In this document: positions 12,956 to 13,866 of the stretch, piece after piece
Layout of the letters: each line of letters begins with the position of its first letter
Numbering within the stretch: position 1 is the stretch's first letter
Source: Nanobdellota archaeon
Lineage (GTDB): Archaea > Nanobdellota > Nanobdellia > Nanobdellales > Nanobdellaceae
DNA: 13,866 nucleotides
Direction of reading: 5' to 3'
Assembly: GCA_020697515.1 (NCBI GenBank)
Contig: JAIXNB010000054.1
Coordinates: forward strand, 1-13,866
Translations under genes and position numbers: made by a program
Notes under the pieces: model-generated
Database searches by the model: none
The model's input: the letters and a program-made list of their open reading frames with translations, nothing else
What the model was told of the DNA's origin: nothing

Positions 12956-13366
12956 ATGAAATTTTTTGTAGTAGTAGCTAGAGGTCATCCTTTGATTAAG
13001 GCGATCCATAAATCAACATTTGAAATAACAAAAGATAATTATTTAACCCCAAATGGAGATTGTATAATAGGTATTTGTGCTTCTCACGCAGTATGTGATT
13101 TACCTGAAGATCTAAAAGAACATTTAAAATTTGGTGGAAAAATTAGAATAATATTAGAGGTATGTGGTAATAAAGATGAAATTATTGCCTACGGACATCC
13201 TAGCTTAAAATTAGTGGATAAAAGGTCTATAGTTGTTAGAAAGAGCGATTACATAGATGCAAGAACTTTAGCTATAAGGGCTAACAAAGCGGCAAGGGAT
13301 ATAAATAGAGATCTCATCAAAAAACTGAAAGAGGGAAGATCTTTAAGATGCACGATACTTTGGTAA
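12956..13366 (+). CDS. Small conserved archaeal protein, DUF371-like; function unknown
   Basis: 136 aa, ATG start. The pattern ARGHP...A.HKST.EITKD..LT..GDCIIG...........L.....G.....I.....G......G.GHP.L.L....IV.RKS......RTL.I.A.KAA.D..R.L matches my recollection of the DUF371 family. This is recollection only, not an HMM hit. Confidence 0.6.
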   Translation: MKFFVVVARGHPLIKAIHKSTFEITKDNYLTPNGDCIIGICASHAVCDLPEDLKEHLKFGGKIRIILEVCGNKDEIIAYGHPSLKLVDKRSIVVRKSDYIDARTLAIRANKAARDINRDLIKKLKEGRSLRCTILW

Positions 13367-13367
13367 G

Positions 13368-13372
13368 TTTTT
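13368..13372 (+). terminator. T5 tract 2 nt after the DUF371-like stop codon, with a second T5 at 13382-13386
   Basis: TAA (13364-13366) is followed by gTTTTTatcttaTTTTTc. The ATP-grasp gene is followed only by a T4 run, so the two genes may be co-transcribed. Confidence 0.4.
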
Positions 13373-13516
13373 ATCTTATTTTTCAATTTTAATAATCTTT
13401 AATGGTATAATAGTAACTTATTAGATTTTTATTCCTGAGAGTAAGCATTTTTGACAGATAGAGCATTATCGTTTAAATACTATTACTATAAAGAATATAA
13501 TTATAATATTTTATTT

Positions 13517-13587
13517 GCGGCGGTCGTCTAGTGGTAGGATGCGGGCCTCCCACGCCCGTGACCCGGGTTCGAATCCCGGCCGCCGCA
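13517..13587 (+). tRNA. tRNA-Gly (anticodon CCC), 71 nt, no encoded CCA
   Basis: Hand-folded cloverleaf. Acceptor GCGGCGG/CCGCCGC. D arm GTCT-AGTGGTA-GGAT. Anticodon arm CGGGC-CTCCCAC-GCCCG gives anticodon CCC. 4-nt variable region TGAC. T arm CCGGG-TTCGAAT-CCCGG. Discriminator A at 13587, followed by TAG. Confidence 0.93.
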
Positions 13588-13866
13588 TAGCTTTATACTT
13601 CGGATCTCTTCAAAATGAGCTTGATTAATGAATTTTGTAAGTGGTTAATGCAAGAAAATTAGTCCAAATGTAATAATAGATTATAAAAAGGCTTTATGGT
13701 CAAATTGTCTTAGTTTTTATGGAAGAAGTAGAAATGCATTAATATATCTTCACAATATTCAATTACTTCTGTAGTGTTTTGTTAGATAGCAATGAAGCTC
13801 CCCTCAAAAACTCTTTACTCCGAAAGCCAGACAATAAAGTCAAAGGATGGAAGACCCCTGATATGA

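Noticed and set aside
13763-13866. A GC-enriched right edge. Three readings were considered: a C/D-box sRNA (AUGAAG ... CUGA at 13858-13861), a 24-codon plus-strand ORF (13792-13866), or the 33-codon C-terminal end of a minus-strand gene (13763-13864, ...LLSGFRSKEFLRGASLLSNKTLQK*)
   Set aside because: The box sequences deviate from RUGAUGA/CUGA at several positions and the spacing is wrong for guide regions. Both ORFs are too short to distinguish from chance and I recognise neither peptide. The window ends here, so it cannot be resolved.
1-13866. A scan for CRISPR arrays, IS elements, integrases, toxin-antitoxin pairs or defence islands
   Set aside because: I saw no regularly spaced direct repeats, no terminal inverted repeats and no ORFs with transposase, integrase or nuclease hallmarks. 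Every ORF of 89 aa or more is accounted for by housekeeping genes or the few genes of unknown function listed.

Overview
Visibly AT-rich archaeal chromosomal DNA (roughly 30% G+C, estimated by eye). The two tRNA genes are about 70-75% G+C by hand count, the usual signature of a hyperthermophile with an AT-rich genome. The minus-strand core (1825-11969) is the archaeal RNA polymerase / str ribosomal-protein cluster: rpoH, rpoB2 (B''), rpoB1 (B'), rpoA1 (A'), rpoA2 (A''), rpl30e, rps12, a ~7-TM membrane protein, rps7. rpoB is split, as in methanogen-type and nanoarchaeal-type lineages. The cluster looks eroded: nusA is absent between rpl30e and rps12, a membrane protein sits between rps12 and rps7, and no elongation-factor genes follow rps7. 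The left flank holds tRNA-Ala(CGC) and an M17 leucyl aminopeptidase. The right flank holds a RimK-like ATP-grasp ligase, a small DUF371-like protein and tRNA-Gly(CCC). I found no CRISPR array, transposase, integrase, long repeat or recognisable defence genes, so this is mostly housekeeping DNA and I cannot point to a clear multi-gene novel system. The best leads, all hypotheses: (1) an orphan RimK-like ligase divergently paired, through a palindromic double TATA box, with an rpoH whose product ends in Glu-Glu; (2) a 44-codon ORF that exactly fills the rpoB1-rpoA1 spacer; (3) an RpoH with a ~30-aa lysine-rich N-terminal tail; (4) a uS12 with several substitutions in the normally invariant PNSA decoding-centre loop; (5) the repeat-containing membrane protein inserted into the str cluster.
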